A stretch of 64,000 bases of DNA from a virus (IMGVR_UViG_3300021960_000030:47865-111864); one strand, 5' to 3'; counted from the stretch's first letter, positions 1 to 8,714 are shown. Numbers and translations are program-made. The notes: generated from the letters alone by a model not told the origin.

Positions 1-998
1 AGATATCTGGGAACAGCACCCTTGATTGCGCCGTTTAGACCATACGCCCACTCAAAGTTTGCATCTGTAGAGGCAACTTCAACGTAATCTGCGTCTCCCC
101 ACCCGTTCATATTGGGTGGACCTTCAAATCTGGAGTCAGTATCGCCGCGTCTACCCCATCTATACTTGAAATATGACCATGGCTCTGCCCATTGATACCA
201 ACCAGACTTGTCTACACACTGTCCAGTGGGTCCAATCAGACCCACATCAACAACTTGTTTTGCTTTCTGTGACCCAAAACCACCCGTATATACATAACCG
301 ATGATGCCTTGGTATGCATATTCCCCTCTCATGGGGTCCTTGGGGGGTATAGGACCGCCTGAGAGGTTTACTTCACCTGCAGGAGTGGTGGTATAGAAGT
401 CATCATACTTCGGTGCACCTGCATAATAATGATACAGAGGGGTATAATCTGCCCCATGAGCAGCAGCACCCGCCTCTGTGGTGTGAATATAACCTAATGT
501 ACCAGTATTCTCGAATCCACTCTCACTTTGATTGGACGAGATTTTTGTATTATTGAGGTCGTGGTTGTAATGCCGATAGAACTGTGTTCCACCTGACGAT
601 GCAGATTCCAGAACATAGAACACAGGACGATTAGAACGCGGTTCTGCGTTATATTTTTTTGCTACCTTTCCTTTACGACGTTCACCGACCATATCATCTT
701 TGCGGATACGGTTCTCAATCGTATAGGTATGATCGAATCCACTGCCACCTGTACCACGATAGTGTCGATAAACTTCTCTTCTATCACTATCGCAGTTGGT
801 GCAAACTTCTTCCTCGTCCCCAATATAATGCACATTATCTTTGCCTAAGGGTAACGACCCAGGTCCCGCTCCGAGGAACTTGATCTGATACCCATCAGGC
901 ACGCCTTCATACTCATCACTATTCCAACGCTTCTCAAAATCTTTCGTTTCGATTGGATTGCGATAAGATCTTCCCGTCTCTATAATATAGGCAGGCAT
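1..998 (-). CDS. Probable virion structural protein, runs off the window edge; DUF5648-like repeats
   Basis: Own translation from ATG at 998 (overlaps upstream TAA): MPAYIIETGRSYRNPIETKDF...PLYHYYAGAPKYDDFYTTT...EYAYQGIIGYVY; open to position 1; not in ORF track. Confidence 0.7.
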   Translation of the reverse strand, partial: MPAYIIETGRSYRNPIETKDFEKRWNSDEYEGVPDGYQIKFLGAGPGSLPLGKDNVHYIGDEEEVCTNCDSDRREVYRHYRGTGGSGFDHTYTIENRIRKDDMVGERRKGKVAKKYNAEPRSNRPVFYVLESASSGGTQFYRHYNHDLNNTKISSNQSESGFENTGTLGYIHTTEAGAAAHGADYTPLYHYYAGAPKYDDFYTTTPAGEVNLSGGPIPPKDPMRGEYAYQGIIGYVYTGGFGSQKAKQVVDVGLIGPTGQCVDKSGWYQWAEPWSYFKYRWGRRGDTDSRFEGPPNMNGWGDADYVEVASTDANFEWAYGLNGAIKGAVPRY

Positions 999-1219
999 TA
1001 AATACCAAGAACTGTTTCAATCGTATTTAGTCTCTCATAGAGGTCATCGAAAACCTGCTTTAGGTTTTTATACTCATCCGACCCTGGTGGTTTGTATTGA
1101 ATCATACTTGGACCTGGGGGCGGCATTTTTGAGACCGCTTCTTCTAGCAACTGTATACGGGCATTCAAGTGTAAGAATGCATCATTGATATTCTTAAAGT
1201 TCTCGTTCAGATTGTCCAT
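998..1219 (-). CDS. Hypothetical protein (coiled-coil)
   Basis: 73 aa ORF, translationally coupled to next gene (TAATG). Confidence 0.7.
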   Translation of the reverse strand: MDNLNENFKNINDAFLHLNARIQLLEEAVSKMPPPGPSMIQYKPPGSDEYKNLKQVFDDLYERLNTIETVLGI

Positions 1220-1263
1220 AATGTTGGGTCAAACGCGGTTTTTGGTTTCGCGGTTTTTGAGAG

Positions 1264-1449
1264 TTAATCTTCAGTATCGAGATCCTCGTCAGCAACCTTC
1301 TTAAGCATTATTGTACCATCGATGTCCTCAGAATATTCTAAGTAATCTCCTTCACACCATCCCGCCTCCTGTAGGAGTTCATCGGGGAACTGTACAAATA
1401 CTTCACCATCGTCCCCTTCCTGGACCTCTAAGACGTATCTCTTACTCAT
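1264..1449 (-). CDS. AbrB/MazE/SpoVT-like small DNA-binding protein
   Basis: Swapped-hairpin pattern GEVFVQFPDELLQEAGWCEGDYLEY..GTIMLKK. Confidence 0.7.
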   Translation of the reverse strand: MSKRYVLEVQEGDDGEVFVQFPDELLQEAGWCEGDYLEYSEDIDGTIMLKKVADEDLDTED

Positions 1450-1548
1450 TTAATACTCCGAGTAACACACAACAGTATATAGATTTTCTCAGTGTTTGTG
1501 ATACAACCAGACGTACACGTCAGCACGCACAGGTCTGAGAAACTTTTT

Positions 1549-1690
1549 ACCCCTGGAAAAAATATTTTGTAGAGAGATATTCGCAATCTCTTTTAGGGTG
1601 AGGAAGATATACGACCATTCCTCACGGGGGGTCGTAGCGAGGGTCTGGGGGGTCTCAGAACCCCTGGAAATATTTTTAGAGAGAGATAAC
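1549..1690. repeat. Imperfect direct repeat pair in a non-coding gap
   Basis: ACCCCTGGAAAAAATATTTTGTAGAGAGATA (~1549-1579) and ACCCCTGGAAATATTTTTAGAGAGAGATA (~1660-1688). Confidence 0.7.
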
Positions 1691-1781
1691 ACTAGGGCGA
1701 TCCTATACTTTTGTAGGTTAGGGAAGTGGGGCGTTTTAATATAGCGAAATGGGGGACACGATTGCATCCCCATTGTATACA

Positions 1782-1964
1782 CTAACTGTAACTCACATCA
1801 TAACAGAAACCCTCTGCAATCATGTAGTCTGTGAATCTTTGATACTGTTGGAGATCTTCACTCAAACCAGTATCAATAAGGAACTGTGCTAACTCTATCT
1901 GTTCGTCGGGTGGGAGTGATCCTGCGTCGTACAGATCTAGGAGAAGTTGATACTTTTCAGGCAT
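1782..1964 (-). CDS. Hypothetical protein
   Basis: MPEKYQLLLDLYDAG...; start overlaps upstream gene end. Confidence 0.65.
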   Translation of the reverse strand: MPEKYQLLLDLYDAGSLPPDEQIELAQFLIDTGLSEDLQQYQRFTDYMIAEGFCYDVSYS

Positions 1965-2130
1965 TGGGTTGTTTACTGTAATCGGATGCATCTTGCAATG
2001 CTAGTTGATAACTCTTGAATGGTCCAAACTTAGGACAACCTTCGTAATCATATCGCCAGAAGTGTTTACGATGGTTTTCCCAGATCTGTATATCAACTGG
2101 GGGATTCGTGTTGAGGGTGATAGTTTTCAA
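1957..2130 (-). CDS. Hypothetical protein (57 aa)
   Basis: Own translation, TTG start: MKTITLNTNPPVDIQIWENHRKHFWRYDYEGCPKFGPF...; tiles with neighbours. Confidence 0.55.
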   Translation of the reverse strand: MKTITLNTNPPVDIQIWENHRKHFWRYDYEGCPKFGPFKSYQLALQDASDYSKQPNA

Positions 2131-2258
2131 CTCCAATCACCTCGGCAATCATGAGCGAACTCGGGCAGCATAGCATCATCAATGTCGAGGTCTTCGCTCA
2201 GTTCGTCATCATCGGAGAGCATGTAATCAATCCAGTCCTGGGCATTGAAATCATCCAT
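2127..2258 (-). CDS. Small acidic hypothetical protein (43 aa)
   Basis: MDDFNAQDWIDYMLSDDDELSEDLDIDD...; coupled TGATG start. Confidence 0.55.
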   Translation of the reverse strand: MDDFNAQDWIDYMLSDDDELSEDLDIDDAMLPEFAHDCRGDWS

Positions 2259-2437
2259 CAATCTGCCTCCCAATGGTCATCAGTAGCAGTGAATGGTTTC
2301 TTATACTTTTCAACAAAAGTGTCTGTGGAATCTGTGGAAAACTCTCGACGATCTTTGTTTCCCCAGTTACGCTTCTCTCTGATAGATTTGGGACGACGTG
2401 AGTTGTGAATGTCGTTCTTCTTGTATGTGCGACCCAT
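2258..2437 (-). CDS. Small basic hypothetical protein (59 aa)
   Basis: MGRTYKKNDIHNSRRPKSIREKR...; follows a sigma70-like promoter. Confidence 0.6.
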   Translation of the reverse strand: MGRTYKKNDIHNSRRPKSIREKRNWGNKDRREFSTDSTDTFVEKYKKPFTATDDHWEAD

Positions 2438-2686
2438 GGGATTCTGAATGACAGTGTTAGTGAAGGACTCTGTTAGTATGTATCAATCAAGGGGGCATTG
2501 TCAAGGGGTTTGTGAGGGTTTCTGAAGTGTCCTGGGGGTGTTGCTAACTCGCTGTCGATGTGTTACAGTCCGAGGTAACAATAACCACACACATTAACAC
2601 GAACTATCGAACACTAATGTATGTTTATTAGACCATTTCTTAAATACACAGTTTTCCACAGACATTGTGGAAAAAGTTGTGGAAAA
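2307..2686. promoter_or_regulatory. Cluster of cyanobacterial-type DnaA-box matches (TTTTCCACA)
   Basis: Perfect copies at 2333-2341(-), 2652-2660(+), 2666-2674(-), 2678-2686(-); degenerate copies at 2307-2315 and 2324-2332. Confidence 0.5.
2475..2504 (-). promoter_or_regulatory. Sigma70-like promoter
   Basis: TTGACA-N18-CATACT upstream of the start at 2437. Confidence 0.55.
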
Positions 2687-2697
2687 CTGCGCGTTCA

Positions 2698-3342
2698 TTA
2701 AGTAATGCCTACAGGGACAACATTGAATGAGATAGTGATACGATTATCCCCTAGGTTTGATTCATATCCATGAGTCAGATTAGGAGGATAGATTAACACA
2801 GTTCCCTCGTTATGAGGTACATAGCACTCGGGTTGATTGAATGCGGTTTCTTTACTACATTCGATCTGCAATGCTGGGAAATGAGTAGAAACAACGTGTC
2901 GTCTAAACTTCAATGGAGAATGAACTTTCTTGTCTAGATTGAGAAAATACGTTCCCGAATACAGAGCATTAGAATGTTCATGTGGAGCATAGATTGCACC
3001 CTCTGATGCTATCTCTAGGTAGGACTCTTGTATGTCAAATCTTGATGCATAGCACCAGGCATTTTCGTTGTGTTTGGATACTAGATCAAGCAGGATTGTT
3101 TTCAGTTCAGGCAGATCATTTAGCAGTTCATTGTCATTCCCTACAGTGACAACATTGTGAGAAATCATTCTCCTACCATGATCAGGATTGAGATCCTTAG
3201 TTCTCATCCAGGAGAGGATTTGTTGTTTGACGTTGTTATGATCGGGAACGTCAAATGCAGAGATGGCAGAAGGGAAACATGCGAAGGTTTGATTCTTATG
3301 TAATACCTCTTCAGTGAGATTGTCAGAGAGTTGATCAGTCAT
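2698..3342 (-). CDS. 2OG-Fe(II) oxygenase (TIGR02466-like)
   Basis: PHEHSN.YSGTYFL ... EGTVLIYPPNLTHG ... RITISFN. Confidence 0.85.
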   Translation of the reverse strand: MTDQLSDNLTEEVLHKNQTFACFPSAISAFDVPDHNNVKQQILSWMRTKDLNPDHGRRMISHNVVTVGNDNELLNDLPELKTILLDLVSKHNENAWCYASRFDIQESYLEIASEGAIYAPHEHSNALYSGTYFLNLDKKVHSPLKFRRHVVSTHFPALQIECSKETAFNQPECYVPHNEGTVLIYPPNLTHGYESNLGDNRITISFNVVPVGIT

Positions 3343-3344
3343 GT

Positions 3345-3758
3345 TTAGCGAAGATAGAGATAATGACCTGCCCAATCTGCTTTACGATAACACTCTTCGC
3401 GAGAGTTCTTATCAAACAGATTGAAACGAATGCCTTTGGCAGGTTTAGAAATGGAGGCGGGTTTATATACGTCACCCGTCACCTTATCTATGAAACAATG
3501 AACAGAACGGGATCCGCTCTGATTCATCATCACTTTAGCATACTTGCGTCCTTCTTCTACATCAAAGGAAATGCGCCAATCAAAACGATCTTCGCGGATT
3601 GCATCCAGTTGTGATTGGAAATAACCCGTATCATCAGCACCTTTACTAACCTGATGACGATAGGACTTTACAGTGTAGAGTCGATAATCTTGCTCCAGTG
3701 ATTCACACAAACAGGCGATCAAAGTGTTGAGCGGAGTGTTGTTCAGAGTTTCGAGCAT
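3345..3758 (-). CDS. Conserved T4-like phage early protein
   Basis: GRKYAKV...SVHCFIDKVTGDVYKPAS..KPAKGIRFNL motif. Confidence 0.8.
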   Translation of the reverse strand: MLETLNNTPLNTLIACLCESLEQDYRLYTVKSYRHQVSKGADDTGYFQSQLDAIREDRFDWRISFDVEEGRKYAKVMMNQSGSRSVHCFIDKVTGDVYKPASISKPAKGIRFNLFDKNSREECYRKADWAGHYLYLR

Positions 3759-3763
3759 TTGAT

Positions 3764-3928
3764 TCAGTTAGCGGTGCGTTGAATGAGATTGCCAGTCAGG
3801 TGAAATGCTTCGCCAGTGTGGTAACGAACGCCAGGAAAAAGAATAAACGAAACGACGAAGATGATGCCAATGAGTTTCACTTTTCTGGGGTCAAGTGGTT
3901 TGCAAGTGAGGCGCTTACGGCGTGCCAT
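3764..3928 (-). CDS. Small membrane protein (54 aa)
   Basis: Own translation MARRKRLTCKPLDPRKVKLIGIIFVVSFILFPGVR...; one hydrophobic segment. Confidence 0.5.
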   Translation of the reverse strand: MARRKRLTCKPLDPRKVKLIGIIFVVSFILFPGVRYHTGEAFHLTGNLIQRTAN

Positions 3929-3932
3929 TGTA

Positions 3933-4265
3933 TCAACCGAGGCGCATGGAAGAGAAGAAAGGAACGATGGAAATACCTTGGGCAGTGTTCATCGAAACGA
4001 ACCAATCGAAGTTCTTTTGAAACACACCATCACCCGATTCGCCGTGCTCTTTGAGAATAGCATTCAGGCGGGATTTGGTGGTGTTGGATTGCCAACCACC
4101 ATCGAAAAGACGGATGTAAGTCTCACCCACGTCTGCAATGTGATTGCCGTGCAGATACACTTTAGACTCACCAGTGTCGGCGTCAAAGGTAACAGAAGTG
4201 TTACCAGATTGCCAGTTCACGTTGTTGGTGATGGCGGCGTTCATTTGGGTTTCGATCTTACGCAT
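3933..4265 (-). CDS. Cyanophage early hypothetical protein
   Basis: MRKIETQMNAAI...VYLHGNHIA...GGWQSNTTKSRLNA; directly after an early promoter. Confidence 0.8.
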   Translation of the reverse strand: MRKIETQMNAAITNNVNWQSGNTSVTFDADTGESKVYLHGNHIADVGETYIRLFDGGWQSNTTKSRLNAILKEHGESGDGVFQKNFDWFVSMNTAQGISIVPFFSSMRLG

Positions 4266-4321
4266 GATTGAGAAGAGAGTGGTTTGCGGGGGGCGGTGCT
4301 CTGTGCCCCTCCGATGAAACT

Positions 4322-4380
4322 AATATAGGGCATTTGGGGGGTCTGTGCCAGAATGGTGGACACTCTGCCGACTGGCACAG
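4322..4380 (-). promoter_or_regulatory. Early promoter (bipartite palindromic motif + -10)
   Basis: GTGCCAGTCGGCAGAGTGTCCAC ... TATATT. Confidence 0.75.
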
Positions 4381-4387
4381 GAGTTCT

Positions 4388-4561
4388 TTACTCTTCTAGC
4401 AACTCGGGATAGTATTCTCCAACCTCATCAATCAGTTCCTTTTCACTATATCCATCCAGGTTTTCATCCAGTTGATCATATACCAATGCGATGAGATCTT
4501 TGAGGTCCATGCCATCAATGATTTGATTGATGTATGCTGCTTGGAGTTCTTCGCGGTTCAT
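4388..4561 (-). CDS. Small acidic early protein (57 aa)
   Basis: Own translation MNREELQAAYINQIIDGMDLKDL...EYYPELLEE. Confidence 0.65.
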   Translation of the reverse strand: MNREELQAAYINQIIDGMDLKDLIALVYDQLDENLDGYSEKELIDEVGEYYPELLEE

Positions 4562-4600
4562 GATTGTTGAGGTGATTGTGTTAGTCAGCGTTGCGCGTTC

Positions 4601-4762
4601 TTATCGGTAATCAGCGCAAACTTCATCATAGGATGCGCCAACTGGGATTTGTTTGCAGAATCGTTCTAACTTAGCGTCCTGCAGTTGTGAGACTGCCTCT
4701 ATAGCACGGAGACCCATGATTCCACCACAAAGTAGAACGATTGCAACGAGAATAAGACGCAT
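4601..4762 (-). CDS. Small signal-anchored protein (53 aa)
   Basis: MRLILVAIVLLCGGIMGLRAIEAV... Confidence 0.55.
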   Translation of the reverse strand: MRLILVAIVLLCGGIMGLRAIEAVSQLQDAKLERFCKQIPVGASYDEVCADYR

Positions 4763-4770
4763 GATGTTAA

Positions 4771-4950
4771 TCAGAGACCGTTGATAAAGTCAGCGAGTGC
4801 CTCATCGTACTCTGCTTTAGTGTTAAAAACACGACCGTGAATCTCACGGGGATAGGTAGCATCAACACCGACACTTGCTACCATCTGGCAGTCAGCGACA
4901 TCGTAACCCATTTCAACGAGAGTAGCAACGTAGGGATTGGAGATTGTCAT
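4771..4950 (-). CDS. Small early protein (59 aa)
   Basis: MTISNPYVATLVEMGYD...YPREIHGRVFNTKAEYDEALADFINGL. Confidence 0.6.
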   Translation of the reverse strand: MTISNPYVATLVEMGYDVADCQMVASVGVDATYPREIHGRVFNTKAEYDEALADFINGL

Positions 4951-4982
4951 TTGTTTGTGTTAGTTAGTTGGAAAAGATTGAA

Positions 4983-5255
4983 TCAGTAACGAGAATCACC
5001 TGCGATGATTTCATCATCCAGTTCTGCATCAAAAGCAGCAGATTGCCAGTTAAAGTAGAACAAATCCCATGCAGCATTGTCACAAACAAAGGAGTGACAA
5101 TCTGCCTGATCACATACCCAATCGTATGCCATATCACAATCGGCGTTGTTATCGATGGTGAAAGATTGCAGACCTTCGATTGCACCCAGGAACGCAGGAT
5201 CCTCAACCAGGGAGACGTGCGCCTTGCCAGTTTCGGGGTCGTGGATGAGAGTCAT
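4983..5255 (-). CDS. Acidic early hypothetical protein
   Basis: MTLIHDPETG..., start placed downstream of the promoter at 5281. Confidence 0.7.
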   Translation of the reverse strand: MTLIHDPETGKAHVSLVEDPAFLGAIEGLQSFTIDNNADCDMAYDWVCDQADCHSFVCDNAAWDLFYFNWQSAAFDAELDDEIIAGDSRY

Positions 5256-5280
5256 GAGTCGTTTCGTTTGGTGTCCCCTT

Positions 5281-5340
5281 ATTATAGGCATGGGGTTGGG
5301 CGGTTTCGGGGGTGGAGTGGACAGTTAACACATTGTCCCC
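5281..5340 (-). promoter_or_regulatory. Early promoter
   Basis: GGGACAATGTGTTAACTGTCCAC ... TATAAT. Confidence 0.7.
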
Positions 5341-5361
5341 CATGTGTTAAGAATGTTGGAT

Positions 5362-5643
5362 TTATTTAACACATGCTGCGGAGAGGTTTGCTACCTTGAA
5401 GCGTGCAATCTCATCGGGGGTGTTATCAACCAGCACAGGAGTGTCGTTGAAACTGATACGAACGATGGAAGGATTCATTTCCTGCCACTCACGCAAAGTG
5501 AGGCGACGAACATCACCCGAATCAGGAAAAGAGGTCAGTTTCTTGATAGTTTTGAACTCGCTGGCAGTGGTATCATCAGCGAAGAAATACTTCAGTTCCC
5601 GACGATACGTTGCAGTCGTGATTGCGTTGGGAAGGAGTTGCAT
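5362..5643 (-). CDS. Early hypothetical protein
   Basis: MQLLPNAITTATYRRELKYFF..., follows promoter. Confidence 0.65.
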   Translation of the reverse strand: MQLLPNAITTATYRRELKYFFADDTTASEFKTIKKLTSFPDSGDVRRLTLREWQEMNPSIVRISFNDTPVLVDNTPDEIARFKVANLSAACVK

Positions 5644-5668
5644 TTGATTGCGTTTCTTTGACTCTCTT

Positions 5669-5727
5669 AGAATACACGCTTTTGGGCGCTTGTGCGGGTT
5701 TGGTGGACAGTTTGTGGAACTGTCACA
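5669..5727 (-). promoter_or_regulatory. Early promoter
   Basis: GTGACAGTTCCACAAACTGTCCAC ... TATTCT. Confidence 0.7.
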
Positions 5728-5968
5728 CCACTCGCTCAGTGTAGACAGTTTCCTCCACACAATAGTAGAGGGATTCTGATTTTAAGTTGATAAACTGCAG
5801 CACTTTCATTGTCAACAATGCGATGCGTTCTTGTCCACCATTGCTATACCAGTTGCGTGCACTTTTTGCAGCGTAGGTAACAACACCAATCCAGAATGCA
5901 AGGATGGTAGCAATGTGGAACAGCATGTTGTGAATGAAAGTGAAGTAGTTGTCAGCGAAAGTTTTCAT
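5723..5968 (-). CDS. Membrane-associated hypothetical protein
   Basis: 81 aa with a hydrophobic stretch. Confidence 0.6.
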   Translation of the reverse strand: MKTFADNYFTFIHNMLFHIATILAFWIGVVTYAAKSARNWYSNGGQERIALLTMKVLQFINLKSESLYYCVEETVYTERVV

Positions 5969-6037
5969 CGGTTGATTGCTTTGAAGAAGAAGATTAGTCC
6001 ACCAAGAGTCAACAAACCAGTTGCAATCAGTGAAGCA

Positions 6038-6256
6038 TTAACTACATCCATAGTTCTCCATGTATTCGGTGAGAGTATAACCCTCGTCGTCAGTATTGGT
6101 TTCTGCGATTAACTGTTCGAGAGTGTAGTTGTTGAGATCCTCACGATACTCTTCTGTCGTTGGATCTACATCAGGATCGAAATCATCATGGCAGAGATAA
6201 TCCCACTCTGCACACAATGCATCGATGAGTTGTTCTCTGGTGTATTCAGTAGTCAT
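6038..6256 (-). CDS. Acidic early hypothetical protein
   Basis: YTREQLIDALCAEWDYLCHDDFDP. Confidence 0.75.
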   Translation of the reverse strand: MTTEYTREQLIDALCAEWDYLCHDDFDPDVDPTTEEYREDLNNYTLEQLIAETNTDDEGYTLTEYMENYGCS

Positions 6257-6458
6257 ACTGATGGAATGTGCAGTTTTGATCGAGTTTGTTCAGTTGTTCG
6301 TAGTATTTGAGGAAGATTGTATCAATCGTGCTGTAGTAGGGTTCGTTAGCACTTGGATACCCACATTCTCGTGCGTTCTCTATAAAATGCAGCAGGCAAC
6401 TAACTTCTTCATTATCGAACTGAATAGCATTGAAGACTTCAGAAACCGAAACTGTCAT
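6246..6458 (-). CDS. Hypothetical protein
   Basis: 70 aa, tiles operon. Confidence 0.6.
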   Translation of the reverse strand: MTVSVSEVFNAIQFDNEEVSCLLHFIENARECGYPSANEPYYSTIDTIFLKYYEQLNKLDQNCTFHQYDY

Positions 6459-6580
6459 TTGTTGTAAGGAGAGTTGAAGAAACGACGGAAAGCAGTAACA
6501 ACAATGATAAACGCCGAAACAACACCAACCAAACCAAGGTAGGTAACAGCATCGCCAGTGAAAGTGTAAGTGTCAGGCAT
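6455..6580 (-). CDS. Small membrane protein (41 aa)
   Basis: MPDTYTFTGDAVTYLGLVGVVSAFIIVVTAFRRFFNSPYNK. Confidence 0.6.
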   Translation of the reverse strand: MPDTYTFTGDAVTYLGLVGVVSAFIIVVTAFRRFFNSPYNK

Positions 6581-6846
6581 CAATCAAAAACAGGGAGTAC
6601 AGGTGGACGATTTCGGAAAAAGTCACGTCGAACTTCTTCCATAATCTTTGGAGGAGTGCCATAGTAACCAAGGTGCATCCAGTAACAGTCAATCAATCGA
6701 AGATCTTGCTCTCTTCGATTGTCTTCATCGTAGGGATCTAGTTGTGTGAAGTGAGCACAATAGACCACAATCTCATGAGGAATCTTATCAACAGCGAACC
6801 CCACAGATGGGGGTTGCTGGATATAAATGGGGACAGTCATCAGCAC
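6580..6846 (-). CDS. Hypothetical protein
   Basis: 88 aa, tiles operon. Confidence 0.6.
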   Translation of the reverse strand: MLMTVPIYIQQPPSVGFAVDKIPHEIVVYCAHFTQLDPYDEDNRREQDLRLIDCYWMHLGYYGTPPKIMEEVRRDFFRNRPPVLPVFD

Positions 6847-7079
6847 ATCACAGGAGAATAGTCAGAACCGTTGTATGCACGGAGGTTGAAGTCAACAACC
6901 TGAGCACCGTTAGCAATAAGATTGCGGATGTCGTAGAGTGCGTCAGTCTTAACAACAGTGGAGAAAGAGGTCATCTCAGACTCAGCACCAGGATGCCAGA
7001 TCACACGCTTAACAAAACGCTTTGCAGCAGGACTGCAAGGGTAGAAGTCAACTTGAGTGGCAGAGTTGGTCAGTTGCAT
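6840..7079 (-). CDS. Early hypothetical protein
   Basis: MQLTNSATQVDFYP..., after promoter. Confidence 0.7.
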   Translation of the reverse strand: MQLTNSATQVDFYPCSPAAKRFVKRVIWHPGAESEMTSFSTVVKTDALYDIRNLIANGAQVVDFNLRAYNGSDYSPVMC

Positions 7080-7105
7080 GTGGTGGGTGTTCCTTTGACT
7101 CTTTT

Positions 7106-7164
7106 AATATACAGGAGATTGGGGGTCTGTGCTGGTCTAGTGGACGCTTTGACCAAGTGGCACA
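7106..7164 (-). promoter_or_regulatory. Early promoter
   Basis: GTGCCACTTGGTCAAAGCGTCCAC ... TATATT. Confidence 0.7.
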
Positions 7165-7368
7165 TCAGTCACCTGAGAGGTGCCCCGACTGCTGCAGCAT
7201 GGCGACCTCACGATCCCAGGCAGCATTGTTCTCTTTACATTGGCGAATAAACTCAGGATCATTTGCCATTGCTTCGGCAGCAGATTCGAGATCTTGGATG
7301 TTACCATCCCACATGATATTTCTGGATTGATTGTACTGGTTGAACCAGTGAGAGTCATACTTAGGCAT
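7165..7368 (-). CDS. Hypothetical protein
   Basis: MPKYDSHWFNQ... Confidence 0.6.
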   Translation of the reverse strand: MPKYDSHWFNQYNQSRNIMWDGNIQDLESAAEAMANDPEFIRQCKENNAAWDREVAMLQQSGHLSGD

Positions 7369-7384
7369 TTCCCTCACCTCAGAT

Positions 7385-7443
7385 ACAATACACCCCTGAG
7401 ACCCTTCCACAAGCGCCTGTAGGACGGTTCAAAGACTGTCCTA
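7385..7443 (-). promoter_or_regulatory. Early promoter (divergent copy)
   Basis: AGGACAGTCTTTGAACCGTCCT ... TATTGT. Confidence 0.5.
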
Positions 7444-7478
7444 GGGGCATAGGGGGTCTAGGGGTCAAATAGACTATT

Positions 7479-7724
7479 CTAACCTGCTGCAATGTCATCT
7501 ACCTCAAAGAACCTAACTACTTCCTCATAAGGTATATCAATGTCACTGGTTTCAGTGATCGATTGATGCATCATCCACTCACGATAAGTGCCAATCCTAT
7601 CAATCGTGTCCCACACTTCCGTCGTGAGATCATCATTGGCGTAACTCTCAGTCTCCAGGTGATATGATGCGAGTGCATCCATGATGATGTTGAGTTGACG
7701 GATTGTGAGACGTTTGGGTGTCAT
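7479..7724 (-). CDS. Hypothetical protein
   Basis: 81 aa ORF. Confidence 0.6.
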   Translation of the reverse strand: MTPKRLTIRQLNIIMDALASYHLETESYANDDLTTEVWDTIDRIGTYREWMMHQSITETSDIDIPYEEVVRFFEVDDIAAG

Positions 7725-7936
7725 AGTGATTGATTCTGATAGTGCAAATGTGAGTCATTCACTGAGAGATTAGGATCATGATCACTGAAGATGCAAATGA
7801 TTGCATCATCATTCTCTACTGTGACACGCTCACGTTTTTCATGATAGAGATTATATGCGAACTCTCTCGCATAGTCAATATCATCGAAGTCCCATGTTTG
7901 TTCTACTGGGCGCTTCTGTCGTACTGTTATTGCCAT
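7721..7936 (-). CDS. Hypothetical protein
   Basis: 71 aa ORF, ATGA overlap. Confidence 0.6.
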   Translation of the reverse strand: MAITVRQKRPVEQTWDFDDIDYAREFAYNLYHEKRERVTVENDDAIICIFSDHDPNLSVNDSHLHYQNQSL

Positions 7937-8081
7937 GGATCTTTGATTACTAACTCGTGTGCTGCTTGTTGTCTAATCTTGGATGCAACGTAACGTTCAT
8001 CCTCTGAACCCCATTTCCATCCCATAAACACACCAACCTTAAATCCAATCGCAAATCCGAGTGCAAATGTGAGTGATGGAA

Positions 8082-8342
8082 TCACAGTTCATCTTCCTCA
8101 ATGATGTCAGAGTAATCTACACCATGTTCATCTAGAACTCTCTTGGCATGAGATGTAATCATGTCGATGAAGTCTTGCTCAGTGAAGTCATTGAAGATAG
8201 ACCAACGTTCATCATTAGGGTCCCACTCTATTTGTAGAGTGCCATCCTCATTTTCGCTTACCCTTAGACCGTCGTCCTCGGATGTTAGTGCTGGTGCTAA
8301 ATCCTCCTTCGGATTCTGGTCTGGGGTCAATGACTTCGACAT
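8082..8342 (-). CDS. Acidic hypothetical protein
   Basis: VSENEDGTLQIEWDPNDERWS. Confidence 0.65.
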   Translation of the reverse strand: MSKSLTPDQNPKEDLAPALTSEDDGLRVSENEDGTLQIEWDPNDERWSIFNDFTEQDFIDMITSHAKRVLDEHGVDYSDIIEEDEL

Positions 8343-8487
8343 GGCAAATGTACTGTGAAAAGTTCCAATAAACTGTCAGGACTTCATCGTATGAATGAAA
8401 CACTTTACAGGTGTCATCCTTGCACCATACTTTATACCAATGGCGATCATATGGTGCTTCAGATGTGACTGTAAAGTGTTGGGTCAT
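8248..8487 (-). CDS. Cyanophage hypothetical protein
   Basis: FTVTSEAPYDRHWYKV. Confidence 0.6.
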   Translation of the reverse strand: MTQHFTVTSEAPYDRHWYKVWCKDDTCKVFHSYDEVLTVYWNFSQYICHVEVIDPRPESEGGFSTSTNIRGRRSKGKRK

Positions 8488-8714
8488 TAGTCAAACATTT
8501 CGTTGCGTTTCTGACAGAGAAAGTCTAGCACAATCTCTCGCCATTCCATCAACTCATAGAAACACTCTTGATTGTGTGCACATTGACGGAGTTCATGGTC
8601 TGGTTTGAGAACTGACTCATAGAATAAACCCCACCCATCACGCATTTTCTGGGTTTTGATAGGATCCATCTCTTCATGCATTTCAAATGTTGCAAACTTG
8701 TAGTATTTAAGCAT
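8487..8714 (-). CDS. Cyanophage hypothetical protein
   Basis: FYESVLKPDHELRQCAHNQECFYELMEWR. Confidence 0.7.
   Translation of the reverse strand: MLKYYKFATFEMHEEMDPIKTQKMRDGWGLFYESVLKPDHELRQCAHNQECFYELMEWREIVLDFLCQKRNEMFD

Noticed and set aside
1489-1782. 97-aa ORF as a real gene
   Set aside because: It overlaps the direct repeats and G-runs and has atypical composition; more likely non-coding.
2561-2580. NtcA box (also considered at ~57280)
   Set aside because: The palindrome reads TAC-N8-GTA, or has the wrong spacing, rather than GTA-N8-TAC.
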